64,000 bases of DNA from a phage. Of this stretch, positions 1 to 8,922 are shown in pieces (within the stretch, counting starts at the first letter, position 1; each line of letters opens with the position of its first letter). Made by a program: the position numbers and the translations under genes. Below the pieces are notes generated by a model that saw only the letters and a list, made by a program, of their open reading frames with translations, was not told where the DNA came from and did not search any database. The stretch is taken from assembly GCA_022897995.1 (NCBI GenBank), contig GCA_022897995.1_4763.1; one strand, given 5' to 3'.

Positions 1-959
1 AAAAAAACGTGTATGGTGAGGACCATGCTCAACCTGATTCGACTGGTGTTTACACTTGTCGCGTTTCGGTTGGTTTTGGTGATCATCGTGCGTCTCAAAT
101 GTCACATCCAGCAAGGGTATTAATTAGCGACAATGTTGAGATTGTGCCTAATGACTTACAGGTCACCGCACATCCTCATGATAATGACGTTAAGTATAAT
201 CAGCGTGTTATTTTAACAGCAAGATCTCAAAATAGCATTGGATTAAAACCACACATTCAATGGAAAAAAGATGGTGTGGCTATCCACGGTGCAAATTCAG
301 AGACTTTAGTAATTGAGCACGCAAAACCGTCAGATGCGGGAACTTATACGGCAGAGATCACCGCAGCAGAAAAAACGGTAACAACCAATCCAGCGGTCGT
401 TACTGTAGCAGAGCATAGCAATATCAATATCTTAAAACATCCGGTGGATGTGGTTGCAAAAGAAGGTCAAACCAATGATATTGTATTAGAAGCTCATGCA
501 GAACATGCAGACGGTGAAACCGAAGTTAATTATCAGTGGCATAAAATTAAAGATGGTGTAGACACTGAAATAAGAGATGCAACAAATAAAACTTTAGTTA
601 TCCCTCATGCACAGATCAGCAAGCAAGCTCATCAAGCGACCTATTACGCCGAGATAAAAGAAGAGAATGGACACGTTAAACATAGCGAAAAAGTTCGAGT
701 GGCGTTTACTACCGCGAAATTAAAACGCTATGTACACCCGATCCCGTGGCGTCGAACTTCCTTCCAATATCAGGGTTATTGGGTAATGGATGAAATTGAT
801 CGTTGTAACCGCGAAGGTCTTAACTGGCTTGAGGATTTTACCCACACCAAATACCCAGACGAGATCGAGACTATTGCAGCCTCGTTGCATCACTATTCTA
901 ATACTCATGTATTGGAATCTCGTAATGGTTATCTGGTTGACGGTACTCAACTATTTTAA
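1..959 (+). CDS. hoc: Hoc-like outer capsid decoration protein with Ig-like repeats (5' partial; frame open to window edge, first full codon at 3)
   Basis: No stop upstream in window; Ig-like repeats (DAGTYTAEIT); C-terminal RYVHPIPWRRTSF..WVMDEI..ESRNGY resembles the capsid-binding tail of T4 Hoc. Confidence 0.6.
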   Translation, partial: KNVYGEDHAQPDSTGVYTCRVSVGFGDHRASQMSHPARVLISDNVEIVPNDLQVTAHPHDNDVKYNQRVILTARSQNSIGLKPHIQWKKDGVAIHGANSETLVIEHAKPSDAGTYTAEITAAEKTVTTNPAVVTVAEHSNINILKHPVDVVAKEGQTNDIVLEAHAEHADGETEVNYQWHKIKDGVDTEIRDATNKTLVIPHAQISKQAHQATYYAEIKEENGHVKHSEKVRVAFTTAKLKRYVHPIPWRRTSFQYQGYWVMDEIDRCNREGLNWLEDFTHTKYPDEIETIAASLHHYSNTHVLESRNGYLVDGTQLF

Positions 960-969
960 TTAATTAAAT

Positions 970-993
970 GCCGATCTTCGGATCGGCTTTTCT
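970..993 (+). terminator. intrinsic terminator
   Basis: GCCGATC-TTCG-GATCGGC hairpin followed by TTTTCT. Confidence 0.65.
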
Positions 994-2235
994 ATGGAGT
1001 GGCTTTATATGGCTTTCACAGTATCAATTAAATCTAACAAAAGATGTTTTCTTGCTGGAGATGGTTTCACCTTAACAGCGACTGTAGCAGGTGACGAACC
1101 ATTACCCAGCAATTTGACCTATACATGGACAAAAGACAACAAACCACACGAAAATAACACCGCTACGCTAACCGTAGCAGGTGCAACAAGTGAAAATGCG
1201 GGCAACTATAAAGTCACTGTACAAGATACCGATAGCGGGGAATCGGTAGAATCTGACGTTTTCCGTATGGAAGAAGCTGAATTAATCGTTAAGATCACCG
1301 AACCGCCGCAATTCTACGTACCAACACAAACAGACGTAGAATTACATGCAACAGTAAAATTTTCTGGTGGGAAGACTCCAGCAGACAACTATGAATTGCA
1401 CTATAGCTGGAGCAAGGGCGAAGAAGTTATAGACACAACACAGGATATCACGATCCAAGAATTTACAGCCGATAATAACGGCGTGTATACTGTCAAAGTA
1501 TGGGGCGAATCGGAAGATTCAGCCGATAGCGCATCCACTAAAATTATGCTGGCTACAATGAGCGTAGATCAGGATGTGGTAGAGTCAAAGACCGTAGCAC
1601 TAGGTAAGGAGATCTTACTTAATTATGTTGTGTCAGAGGACATTGTAGGCGATTCTAGCGGTATGCCTAAATTGACTATCAAACATAATTGGTATTTGCA
1701 ACGTGAAGGACAGCCGTCACCGACTCTGATCGGTAGTGAGGTCGGCGAAGCACTGGAAGGATTTTCTATCATGCCAGACGGTCATCTGTTCAAAGAGCGT
1801 GCGACTTACGATGATACAGCCAAATTCTGGTGTGTTGCTAAACTATATCAACAGATCGAAGGCGCAACAGTAGAACTTGCAGCACGTACAAGCAGAAAAT
1901 GTTCAATGGAAGTTGTTGAGTCTCTTCATAAAATGTTTCGTTACGTGCACCCGATCCCGTGGCGCAAAACTTCATTCATCTATATTGGATGGTGGGTATT
2001 TGACGAGATTGTTAAATTCAATGAGGCTGGCTTAGAGTGGCGTCACCGAGAAGTTTATTCAACCAGCAAGTACGCCAAAGATCTGGAGACAATCGCGGCA
2101 GCGGAAGAAAAATATAGTGATTGCACTTGCATGGAATCTCGCAATGGTTTCATGTATCAGTCCAAAGAGTTCCATAAACTGGACCGAGAGACGTTAGAGC
2201 GAGTTCTACACATTCGTGAAACGCCTCCTGCTTAA
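994..2235 (+). CDS. hoc: Hoc-like outer capsid decoration protein, second tandem paralog (alternative start ATG 1009 after GGAG)
   Basis: 413 aa; Ig-like repeats (NAGNYKVTV, NNGVYTVKV); C-terminal RYVHPIPWRKTSF..WVFDEI..ESRNGF shared with the preceding ORF. Confidence 0.6.
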   Translation: MEWLYMAFTVSIKSNKRCFLAGDGFTLTATVAGDEPLPSNLTYTWTKDNKPHENNTATLTVAGATSENAGNYKVTVQDTDSGESVESDVFRMEEAELIVKITEPPQFYVPTQTDVELHATVKFSGGKTPADNYELHYSWSKGEEVIDTTQDITIQEFTADNNGVYTVKVWGESEDSADSASTKIMLATMSVDQDVVESKTVALGKEILLNYVVSEDIVGDSSGMPKLTIKHNWYLQREGQPSPTLIGSEVGEALEGFSIMPDGHLFKERATYDDTAKFWCVAKLYQQIEGATVELAARTSRKCSMEVVESLHKMFRYVHPIPWRKTSFIYIGWWVFDEIVKFNEAGLEWRHREVYSTSKYAKDLETIAAAEEKYSDCTCMESRNGFMYQSKEFHKLDRETLERVLHIRETPPA

Positions 2236-2246
2236 TGAAATCTATC

Positions 2247-2278
2247 AGCCATCCTTCGGGGTGGCTTTTTTGTTTTTA
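2247..2278 (+). terminator. intrinsic terminator
   Basis: AGCCATCC-TTCG-GGGTGGCT hairpin plus T-run. Confidence 0.7.
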
Positions 2279-2282
2279 GTGC

Positions 2283-2310
2283 TTGACAGTGTGATTTAGT
2301 GGCTTATAAT
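2283..2310 (+). promoter_or_regulatory. sigma70-type early promoter
   Basis: TTGACA 2283-2288, 16-bp spacer, TATAAT 2305-2310. Confidence 0.55.
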
Positions 2311-2430
2311 GGCACACATCAACAGGGCGTTACCTTATGAGGAAAATATTATGAATATGGGGTTGAAAATGGCTTTAATAACTGTTACTGTCCTATTCGT
2401 TGTTGTGTTTATGAATGTATGAGGTGAAGT

Positions 2431-2628
2431 ATGAATGAGATTGTACGATTGATCAAAGAAGCACCAATCGAGATGTATTTTCTGGCTTTGGTTGCAACAA
2501 TGGTCTATCAGCTAGTCGCATGTCATGTGTGGAAGTCAGAAAATGCGTTTATCCGGTTTTTTGGTACTGTCATGATCCAGTTTCCGGTACTGATCACTAT
2601 CCTGTTAATCGTCAATGGGGCGAAGTGA
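2431..2628 (+). CDS. small hydrophobic protein (hypothetical)
   Basis: ORF-track ORF, 65 aa, mostly hydrophobic; GAGGTG RBS near 2421-2426; I could not reconcile the first codons with my reading of the sequence. Confidence 0.3.
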   Translation: MNEIVRLIKEAPIEMYFLALVATMVYQLVACHVWKSENAFIRFFGTVMIQFPVLITILLIVNGAK

Positions 2629-2903
2629 TGGACAAGAAAACAGCGTTAATGGTTTACATGCTACGTGAAGACCACGGTCTTAATTTTGTTGATATTGCTA
2701 AAAAGATTGGCGGGATCAGCGGACAAGATGCGGCTAAGGCATGGTTGATGGTAAAAGATGCACGCGAGGCTTACGCCAACCGTGAAAAGGTTGTTTATCG
2801 TAAACACCACATCAACAAAAAATTTAAAAATAAAGTTCAAAAACGTGTTGACAAGCCAAATAACACTGTTATAATGGACGCATTCAAACGGGCAATGTCC
2901 TAA
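2628..2903 (+). CDS. hypothetical basic protein (91 aa)
   Basis: ATG at 2628 overlapping upstream stop (TGATG); ORF track extends to 2520; lysine-rich C-terminus. Confidence 0.4.
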   Translation: MDKKTALMVYMLREDHGLNFVDIAKKIGGISGQDAAKAWLMVKDAREAYANREKVVYRKHHINKKFKNKVQKRVDKPNNTVIMDAFKRAMS

Positions 2904-2949
2904 TTTGTAATTAATATTCTGAATAACTAATCAATAGAGGTGACTAATT

Positions 2950-3387
2950 ATGAAATTCCGTAAAAACCACGTAGCAATGAAAAAAGCAATGTTCGAAGCA
3001 TTCAAAGCAGTTGATCAGGGCGGTGTTACTCTGATTGAGCAAATTAATGTTGATGTTTGGCAATCTCCGGCGATCACTTGCTCACGTCTGGCGACGGCTG
3101 GTCTTCTGAACGTTCACAGCTCTACAGCATACGACGAAGCATTGCAAGTTATTAAGGCTTTCGCTGGAGACGTTACCAGCAAGTGGGTCTATGAGAATAA
3201 AGGTGAAATTGCGGTTGCTCACGTAGGCAACAATATCCAGATGGAAATCAAGATTAAGGAAGGGTCTAAACGCAATCAGATGCTTGTTCGCTTCCAGCCA
3301 TACAAAACTAACGTAGTGCCGGATGATCTGATCATCTCTAAGAGTAATGTTACCATTCGCCGAAATCAGATCGTTATCAACAAATAA
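2950..3387 (+). CDS. hypothetical protein (145 aa)
   Basis: AGAGGTG RBS 8 nt upstream of ATG 2950; terminator follows. Confidence 0.55.
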   Translation: MKFRKNHVAMKKAMFEAFKAVDQGGVTLIEQINVDVWQSPAITCSRLATAGLLNVHSSTAYDEALQVIKAFAGDVTSKWVYENKGEIAVAHVGNNIQMEIKIKEGSKRNQMLVRFQPYKTNVVPDDLIISKSNVTIRRNQIVINK

Positions 3388-3395
3388 TTAACATT

Positions 3396-3422
3396 AGCCG
3401 TCCTTCGGGGCGGCTTTTTTGT
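3396..3422 (+). terminator. intrinsic terminator
   Basis: AGCCGTCC-TTCG-GGGCGGCT hairpin plus T6. Confidence 0.7.
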
Positions 3423-3473
3423 ATCTATTATTGACATAATTTTAGTTTACATGTGCACAATATTAATACTGTT

Positions 3474-3514
3474 TGATTAAATTATGATCAAAACGAAGAA
3501 AGATCTTTAGAACA
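3474..3514 (+). repeat. intergenic repeat copy A (TGATTAAATTATGATCAAAACGAAGAAAGATCTTTAGAA)
   Basis: Near-identical to 3622-3660; AAAACGAAGAAAGATCTTTAGAA also at 43137-43159. Confidence 0.6.
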
Positions 3515-3621
3515 TAGAAAATGTATCTTTGATTAATTATTAATCAATACATATTGTAACACAAATGTTATACTCCGTAGGAGTTCGCGAAGCGATATCC
3601 TTTTGTGTAGTTTTACATGTA

Positions 3622-3683
3622 TGATTAAATTATGATCAAAACGAAGACTTATCTTATAGAATAATAAAAATTTGTTTCGAACA
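3622..3683 (+). repeat. intergenic repeat copy B (extends through TAATAAAAATTTGTTTCG)
   Basis: Shares TGATTAAATTATGATCAAAACGAAG with 3474-3497 and GAATAATAAAAATTTGTTTCG with 43158-43178. Confidence 0.6.
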
Positions 3684-3799
3684 TTTATTAATCAATTACT
3701 GGAAGTGTTTTATTGCTCGCTGTGCTCGCTTCCGCTACGCGGATACTTGTGTTTGTTATTAACTTGTAGTATGATATTGCTTTCTATGGAGGAAATATT

Positions 3800-4387
3800 A
3801 TGTTTGACCAGTTACAAGATCTATTTGGAGTAAAACCACTTCGTAGATGTGCTTTAATCGGCTCTAGAAAAGCGCCTAGCGACATTTTGATAATGGCTAG
3901 TACCATTGGGAGGGTATTGTCAGAAAATCGCGTTGTAGCGCATTCTGGAGGGGCTTACGGTATGGACAATGCTTTCATGAAGTATTACGATCCAGATTAT
4001 AGAAAAATTTTCATTCCAAATTGGAAGTTTTATGACCATAAGCATAACGGTCATGATGTGATTGCATGGCAAACCTTAGAACAAAAGAATCTGGCGATGG
4101 ATGAATTAGAACACGTTTATGATAATCCTCGTTCTATACCGTTATACATGCAAAATTTATTTTCTAGAAATGTTGCTCAAGTCTTAGGTGAGACACTTGA
4201 TGACCCTGTAGATTGTGTGATATTCTGGGCGCAAGAAGTTAATGGTATTGTTTCTGGAGGAACTAGAATTGCTGTCTATGTTGCTCGTAGACATGGGATA
4301 CCATGTTTTAACTTATATCATCAAGAAAATAGATCCGCCGTCGAAAAAATCTTGGGCGGATCTGATTTGTCCTGGTTAGATATTTAG
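3800..4387 (+). CDS. DprA/Smf-like Rossmann-fold (SLOG superfamily) protein
   Basis: GGAGG RBS then ATG 3800; motifs ALIGSRKAP and RVVAHSGGAYGMD match the DprA/Smf-LOG pattern; assignment from motifs only. Confidence 0.45.
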   Translation: MFDQLQDLFGVKPLRRCALIGSRKAPSDILIMASTIGRVLSENRVVAHSGGAYGMDNAFMKYYDPDYRKIFIPNWKFYDHKHNGHDVIAWQTLEQKNLAMDELEHVYDNPRSIPLYMQNLFSRNVAQVLGETLDDPVDCVIFWAQEVNGIVSGGTRIAVYVARRHGIPCFNLYHQENRSAVEKILGGSDLSWLDI

Positions 4388-5629
4388 TTAAGCGTTGTCA
4401 ATCTCAAGCGGTGGCAGTTCGATTCCTAAAATGTAGGACATTTCTGAACGTCCAGCCATTTTACCCCAATCGTCACCCTTAATGACCTGGTGTTCTTCCT
4501 GATCAACTTTTGATGTATATGGGTTGACAGAGAGTGAATAACGATTCATAATAGCTACATGATGCTGGAAACTATTAGGGTCAATTACGCTCTTATACGC
4601 GCCAGCGCCATCGGCTTCTGTGTATGGGGAGTAGAACAGAGAACCTACACTCTCCATATCACCGATCATGTGCTTACAACCAACGAGCATATAATCGAAA
4701 GGTGTTGTCGTGTCTGCGTACACTTCCAGACCGCAACGTAGACGACCTTCGCTTAGAGCGTTGTCGGTTTCTTCCATCCATCCGGTGGATTGCAGGAGGC
4801 CAACCACGCGAGAAGACGCCAAAACGTATGTACCAGCAAAGGAGGAAGTACGCAACATTTGATTGCTCATTTCGCACGCGTAGCGGTAAAGTTCGCGAGC
4901 TTGTTTTGGTGCATCCTGAACGCTAACGAGAGAAAGTACGCCATCAGGGGTGATCCCTTTAATTTTATAGCGAGATGATACAGTGATCAACTTCTGAATA
5001 ATATCTTTGTTGATCTCTTCGGAAGCGACAGTAGCCAGAAGATCAATTACAGAGTTTTCCGAGTTGATTTGGCTTGCTTCAAGATCCTGCATTAATTCAG
5101 TGGTGAACGAGGTTTTCAGTTTACGAGAACCTACATTAACTTGCCACTTGTCAAACTGCATAGAGGTAGACGCAATTTCGGTGTTTTTATCTTCAAAGTA
5201 TTCTACCGATGCACAATCGCTATAGAAACGAATTTTGTTTGTCATTACGCCTTTAAAGATCGCAGCTTCTGGAGTTGCTGCATCTTCACCGACTGTACCA
5301 GCGGTCACAACTTCATATACAACATCGCCAGATTTGAACAATGCGCCTTCATCATAAGATTTTTCTTTTGAAAACTCTTCAATCTCTGTGCGATCACCAG
5401 CCGCGCCACCGTATGTTGCAGCAGTTCGGAAAGTCATCTGACCATCACGATTAAGATAACGTAGGCCGTACAATGCAGATACTGGTTGATCCGTTGGCTG
5501 AATTGCTACCAGATCAGAGAAAATCAGGTTGTTTACCGCGCGAGTTAATGATAATAGTTGCGGTCGCGCTGTCTGGTTAGCTACTGAGGAAGTAGATTCC
5601 CGCAACAGTTCAGTAAAAATATGAGTCAT
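4388..5629 (-). CDS. 24: capsid vertex protein gp24
   Basis: gp23 paralog by similarity, T4 position after gene 23; ATG at 5629 (MTHIFTELL..) chosen over the upstream ORF-track start; late promoter upstream. Confidence 0.85.
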   Translation of the reverse strand: MTHIFTELLRESTSSVANQTARPQLLSLTRAVNNLIFSDLVAIQPTDQPVSALYGLRYLNRDGQMTFRTAATYGGAAGDRTEIEEFSKEKSYDEGALFKSGDVVYEVVTAGTVGEDAATPEAAIFKGVMTNKIRFYSDCASVEYFEDKNTEIASTSMQFDKWQVNVGSRKLKTSFTTELMQDLEASQINSENSVIDLLATVASEEINKDIIQKLITVSSRYKIKGITPDGVLSLVSVQDAPKQARELYRYACEMSNQMLRTSSFAGTYVLASSRVVGLLQSTGWMEETDNALSEGRLRCGLEVYADTTTPFDYMLVGCKHMIGDMESVGSLFYSPYTEADGAGAYKSVIDPNSFQHHVAIMNRYSLSVNPYTSKVDQEEHQVIKGDDWGKMAGRSEMSYILGIELPPLEIDNA

Positions 5630-5666
5630 GTTTATGAATCCTGTATTTGCCTTAATGGATATATCA

Positions 5667-5674
5667 TATTTATA
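5667..5674 (-). promoter_or_regulatory. T4-type late promoter (TATAAATA) for gene 24
   Basis: Plus-strand TATTTATA at 5667-5674, 38 nt upstream of start 5629. Confidence 0.6.
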
Positions 5675-5675
5675 C

Positions 5676-5705
5676 AAAAAGAAAAGGGAATCCCGAAGGA
5701 TTCCC
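5676..5705 (-). terminator. intrinsic terminator (minus strand)
   Basis: GGGAATCC-TTCG-GGATTCCC hairpin followed on the minus strand by TTTTCTTTTT. Confidence 0.65.
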
Positions 5706-5877
5706 AAATAAAAATTACTTCTTCCTAGAAACATTATCAACGCTACGGTTAACTTTGTTTACCAGATTAATTGCATGATCAGAACGAATAATTGCATAAG
5801 CTAATGCTAACATCAATTCGTCGTATTCCTTACGAGTCATAACATAGCTGTTTTCTTTCTTACTCATGCATTCCTCC

Positions 5878-6810
5878 TTATGGAGAATTTGGGGTTAATT
5901 CAGGGAACAGCGTACCAAAACCAAAATTACCGCTAGCGTCACGCTGGAATGTCATAACAAGGTCGACATAAACCGGATCTGTAAATCTATCAAATCTATC
6001 CGACCCAATATCAACCATGAACGCTAATTTAATCTCATTAGAATTTGAGATCGCAGCGTCAGCACATGCACCAAAAATTACCTGAGTATCTTTTGCCGTA
6101 TATGCATTGACCTGTATGTTGGTTGGTTTCATTACATCGTTAGACAAACCAGATAGTTCTACTCGTCCATTAAACGACGCCAGACTTTGACCACCGCCTA
6201 GATAATGAATATGACCACCTTGTGAAGATTGTGTCCAGTCCATTAGCATAACCTTAAATCTAGCCTCAAAACGCCCTTCCACGTAATATCGACCAGTTTC
6301 AAAGTTTTGTCTAATTGGTGTCCATGTGATGTGTGGTTTTCCGCTTACAGGATCGACAAGAGTCACACCTACGGCTGGCTTAATACTGACACTATCAAAT
6401 GAACGTGATAGCCAATTCCATGTTTGATTGTCTAGGTTTGGTAATTGTGGAATATTCAATCCATCTAATCGGCTGTGTGCTCGTGCTGCTTCCGATTCTG
6501 CGGTAGTCGCTTTAGTCAGTGCATCAGTTGCTTTGCTCATGGATTGCCCTGCCGTTCGATCAGCAACGTCCGCAGTTGATTTTGCAATCTCTGCCGTTCG
6601 ATGTGCTGAACTTGCTGTTTCTGTTATTACGTCATCGCACGCAATAACAAAATCAATTACAGGATCGATCAATTGAGTGTTGATTGAGTTGGAAATTCGT
6701 TCAACATCACTTTCCATTAGAGCATTAGATTCATTTCCTGTGAAATGAGTAATTTCACCTTGAACAAAATCATTTTGCAACTTGCTGATCTTTGCTTTAA
6801 TATCGGACAT
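5878..6810 (-). CDS. hypothetical late protein, coiled-coil N-terminus plus globular C-terminus (310 aa)
   Basis: GGGGTG RBS then ATG 6810; Ala/Thr-rich helical N-terminal third; part of the insertion between genes 23 and 24. Confidence 0.6.
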   Translation of the reverse strand: MSDIKAKISKLQNDFVQGEITHFTGNESNALMESDVERISNSINTQLIDPVIDFVIACDDVITETASSAHRTAEIAKSTADVADRTAGQSMSKATDALTKATTAESEAARAHSRLDGLNIPQLPNLDNQTWNWLSRSFDSVSIKPAVGVTLVDPVSGKPHITWTPIRQNFETGRYYVEGRFEARFKVMLMDWTQSSQGGHIHYLGGGQSLASFNGRVELSGLSNDVMKPTNIQVNAYTAKDTQVIFGACADAAISNSNEIKLAFMVDIGSDRFDRFTDPVYVDLVMTFQRDASGNFGFGTLFPELTPNSP

Positions 6811-6825
6811 GAATCACCCCGCTAA

Positions 6826-8544
6826 TTATTGTGCTTGCTCTGGAAGTGCTTGTATATTTTCTATAGTAGCACCCCATTTAACGGCATTTAAACGAGCTTT
6901 GTGCATATCGTCTTCTCCGACTATTGCCGCAAAACCCTTTTTAGCGTGGAAATTCGCCCATGTGTTATATGCTAGTGCACCTACGCGTTTTGCTGTGTCG
7001 TGTTCAACTTCATCAACCATCAGCATTGTGCGGAAAGGTGCAAATGCTACATCTGGGTTATCGTCTTGTGTCCATGAACCACCATTAAACGACACCTGCC
7101 ACCTGAACATCTCACCAGACGGAATTTGATTAATTCTCAACTTTAGAGATCTTGTTTTCTGGTTTTTCTGAGTTACGTCTAGTGGAACCTGATATCTAGC
7201 CGCTTGTCGTTCTCTACCATCATTCATCCTATGCCATGCGGTAACAACAAGCATAACCGGAATTGTGTTTGATGTTTTAATAAAACTAACATCAACTAAA
7301 AGTTCCATATCATAGCTACCAGATTTAGGCGCAACCCACCAATGGTCGGCATCAGCTTGTCGATCTGGCTCTTTAATCTGTGGTGTGCATCCATAGTTAT
7401 CATGAATGACATACTTCCACGGAATGTAAAAAGCACCACCGCCAGTTCCTGGATTTGTAACTTCGAGTAGATTTTGTGCAGTGGTAAACACGCTGGACAC
7501 GCGAGGGAAAGCATAAATGGTAGCACCACCAGTGTGATCGCTGATCTGTAACCATTCGGTCCATCGATCAGTTCTCTTTGTATAGGAACGGTGATACATT
7601 ACGCCATCAATGCTTGTTGCGATCTGCAATACATGATCTTTACATGCATGAACATCTACAGAACCATGCGTTTGTGTTCCATTTGGGCGGTTTGCGGACC
7701 CCTCAAAATAACAGAAACGACCCTGTTTCGTCAAGGAATTTAGGTCTAGCGTTTCTGGCGAAATTTCCGGTAGACGTTTACCCAGACTGGTTAACATCGC
7801 CTCCTGATCACCATTTAAACCACCGCCACCGCTTCCTTCCCCGCTTTGAGAGTTCCACTCACGCCATGCACCATTGTGTCGGATACGAGAGTAAACACCA
7901 CCATCAATAGAACGGACCACTTGAAGAATGCTACCATCGACGACATATACATCTGCGGACCCCTTATTCGCCATCATTGGAGGTTTGCCATAGGTTGCAT
8001 CACCTACCGGATAGCGTCCGGGTGATGTTGTTACATCCAGATTATTAATCGGATTCGTCGTAGTCCATTTTACTTCAATTGCAGATAGACGCTGCGCAAC
8101 GTTCGCTAATACTTCTGGCACTGGAAACACTAACGATTCTTGAGTTTCATCTGAATACGTGATCTCTAGAGTCCAGTTGCGATCGTCCTCGGACAAGTTC
8201 GCTTCGATTCTAGCAATACCACGACCATTTTCGCCCTTCTCACCAGGAATACCCTGTTCGCCCTGAATAACCCAGGTCATATCGACCCATTTGGAATTAT
8301 CGTATGGAGATTGCGACGTTTTACCCGTCCATAATTGGAGTTTAGCACCACAAACAATAATTGTTTTTAGTCGCTCCAATTCTGGAAAATGGGTGTTGAA
8401 ATATGCGTCTCGTTCCCCTTCATTTTCGAAACGGTGAGTATTTTTAATTCCGCTAGGTACGTTAGTTCCGATCTGAATACCGCCACCAGAACAACCACCA
8501 CTCACGGAACCAGCATTAATGATAGCTTGTGGATTTAGCTTCAT
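6826..8544 (-). CDS. collagen-like repeat containing protein, possible fibre or decoration protein (~572 aa)
   Basis: ATG 8544 after GGGGG RBS (ORF track starts at TTG 8568); Gly-X-Y run GEQGIPGEKGENGRG; repeated motif (ILQVVRSIDGGVYSRIRHNGAWREW / VLQIATSIDGVMYHRSYTKRTDRWTEW); Gly-rich linkers. Confidence 0.6.
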   Translation of the reverse strand: MKLNPQAIINAGSVSGGCSGGGIQIGTNVPSGIKNTHRFENEGERDAYFNTHFPELERLKTIIVCGAKLQLWTGKTSQSPYDNSKWVDMTWVIQGEQGIPGEKGENGRGIARIEANLSEDDRNWTLEITYSDETQESLVFPVPEVLANVAQRLSAIEVKWTTTNPINNLDVTTSPGRYPVGDATYGKPPMMANKGSADVYVVDGSILQVVRSIDGGVYSRIRHNGAWREWNSQSGEGSGGGGLNGDQEAMLTSLGKRLPEISPETLDLNSLTKQGRFCYFEGSANRPNGTQTHGSVDVHACKDHVLQIATSIDGVMYHRSYTKRTDRWTEWLQISDHTGGATIYAFPRVSSVFTTAQNLLEVTNPGTGGGAFYIPWKYVIHDNYGCTPQIKEPDRQADADHWWVAPKSGSYDMELLVDVSFIKTSNTIPVMLVVTAWHRMNDGRERQAARYQVPLDVTQKNQKTRSLKLRINQIPSGEMFRWQVSFNGGSWTQDDNPDVAFAPFRTMLMVDEVEHDTAKRVGALAYNTWANFHAKKGFAAIVGEDDMHKARLNAVKWGATIENIQALPEQAQ

Positions 8545-8551
8545 ATAATAA

Positions 8552-8860
8552 TTACCCCCGTTTAGCAAGATACACGGTTACAGTAGAATCATTGGAAACA
8601 GATTTTACTTTTGCCCTAATAAATGACCATAATGTTTCAAACGCTCCACCATCAGTTGCATATTCATTACCATCAGCTTTCAATTCTGAAATAGTGAACC
8701 AACCTTTGCCATCTAAGGAACCTTCTAACGAGGCTTCCGCAATGACTTTTTGCCCTTCCCTTGCACCTTCTACGGTCATTTGTACTGTCATATGCGTACT
8801 ATGAACGCAGTTTACCGACGCGGAAACGGCTGGAGTTTTGGTCTTTATAAGTGTGTGCAT
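8552..8860 (-). CDS. hypothetical late protein (102 aa)
   Basis: AAGGGGAG RBS then ATG 8860; TATAAATA late promoter ~39 nt upstream. Confidence 0.55.
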   Translation of the reverse strand: MHTLIKTKTPAVSASVNCVHSTHMTVQMTVEGAREGQKVIAEASLEGSLDGKGWFTISELKADGNEYATDGGAFETLWSFIRAKVKSVSNDSTVTVYLAKRG

Positions 8861-8898
8861 CTAATTTTCGCTCCCCTTAGAATATAGGCTTGCAACCT

Positions 8899-8906
8899 TA
8901 TTTATA
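8899..8906 (-). promoter_or_regulatory. T4-type late promoter (TATAAATA)
   Basis: Plus-strand TATTTATA 8899-8906 upstream of ORF starting 8860. Confidence 0.55.
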
Positions 8907-8922
8907 ACGGGATATAATACGC

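Noticed and set aside
720-950. Minus-strand 76-aa ORF inside the first Hoc-like gene
   Set aside because: Antisense to a well-supported CDS, no RBS or promoter.
2431-2628. Reading-frame inconsistency at the 5' end of the 65-aa ORF
   Set aside because: The first ten codons given by the ORF track could not be reproduced from my reading of bases 2431-2460, although the rest of the ORF matches; most likely a hand-indexing error, so the ORF is kept at low confidence.
4388-5740. ORF-track 5' extensions (4388-5740, 6826-8568, 41828-42781, 48544-48933 and others)
   Set aside because: The track uses the first ATG/GTG/TTG after a stop; start sites were moved to the ATG with a Shine-Dalgarno match and homology-consistent N-terminus.
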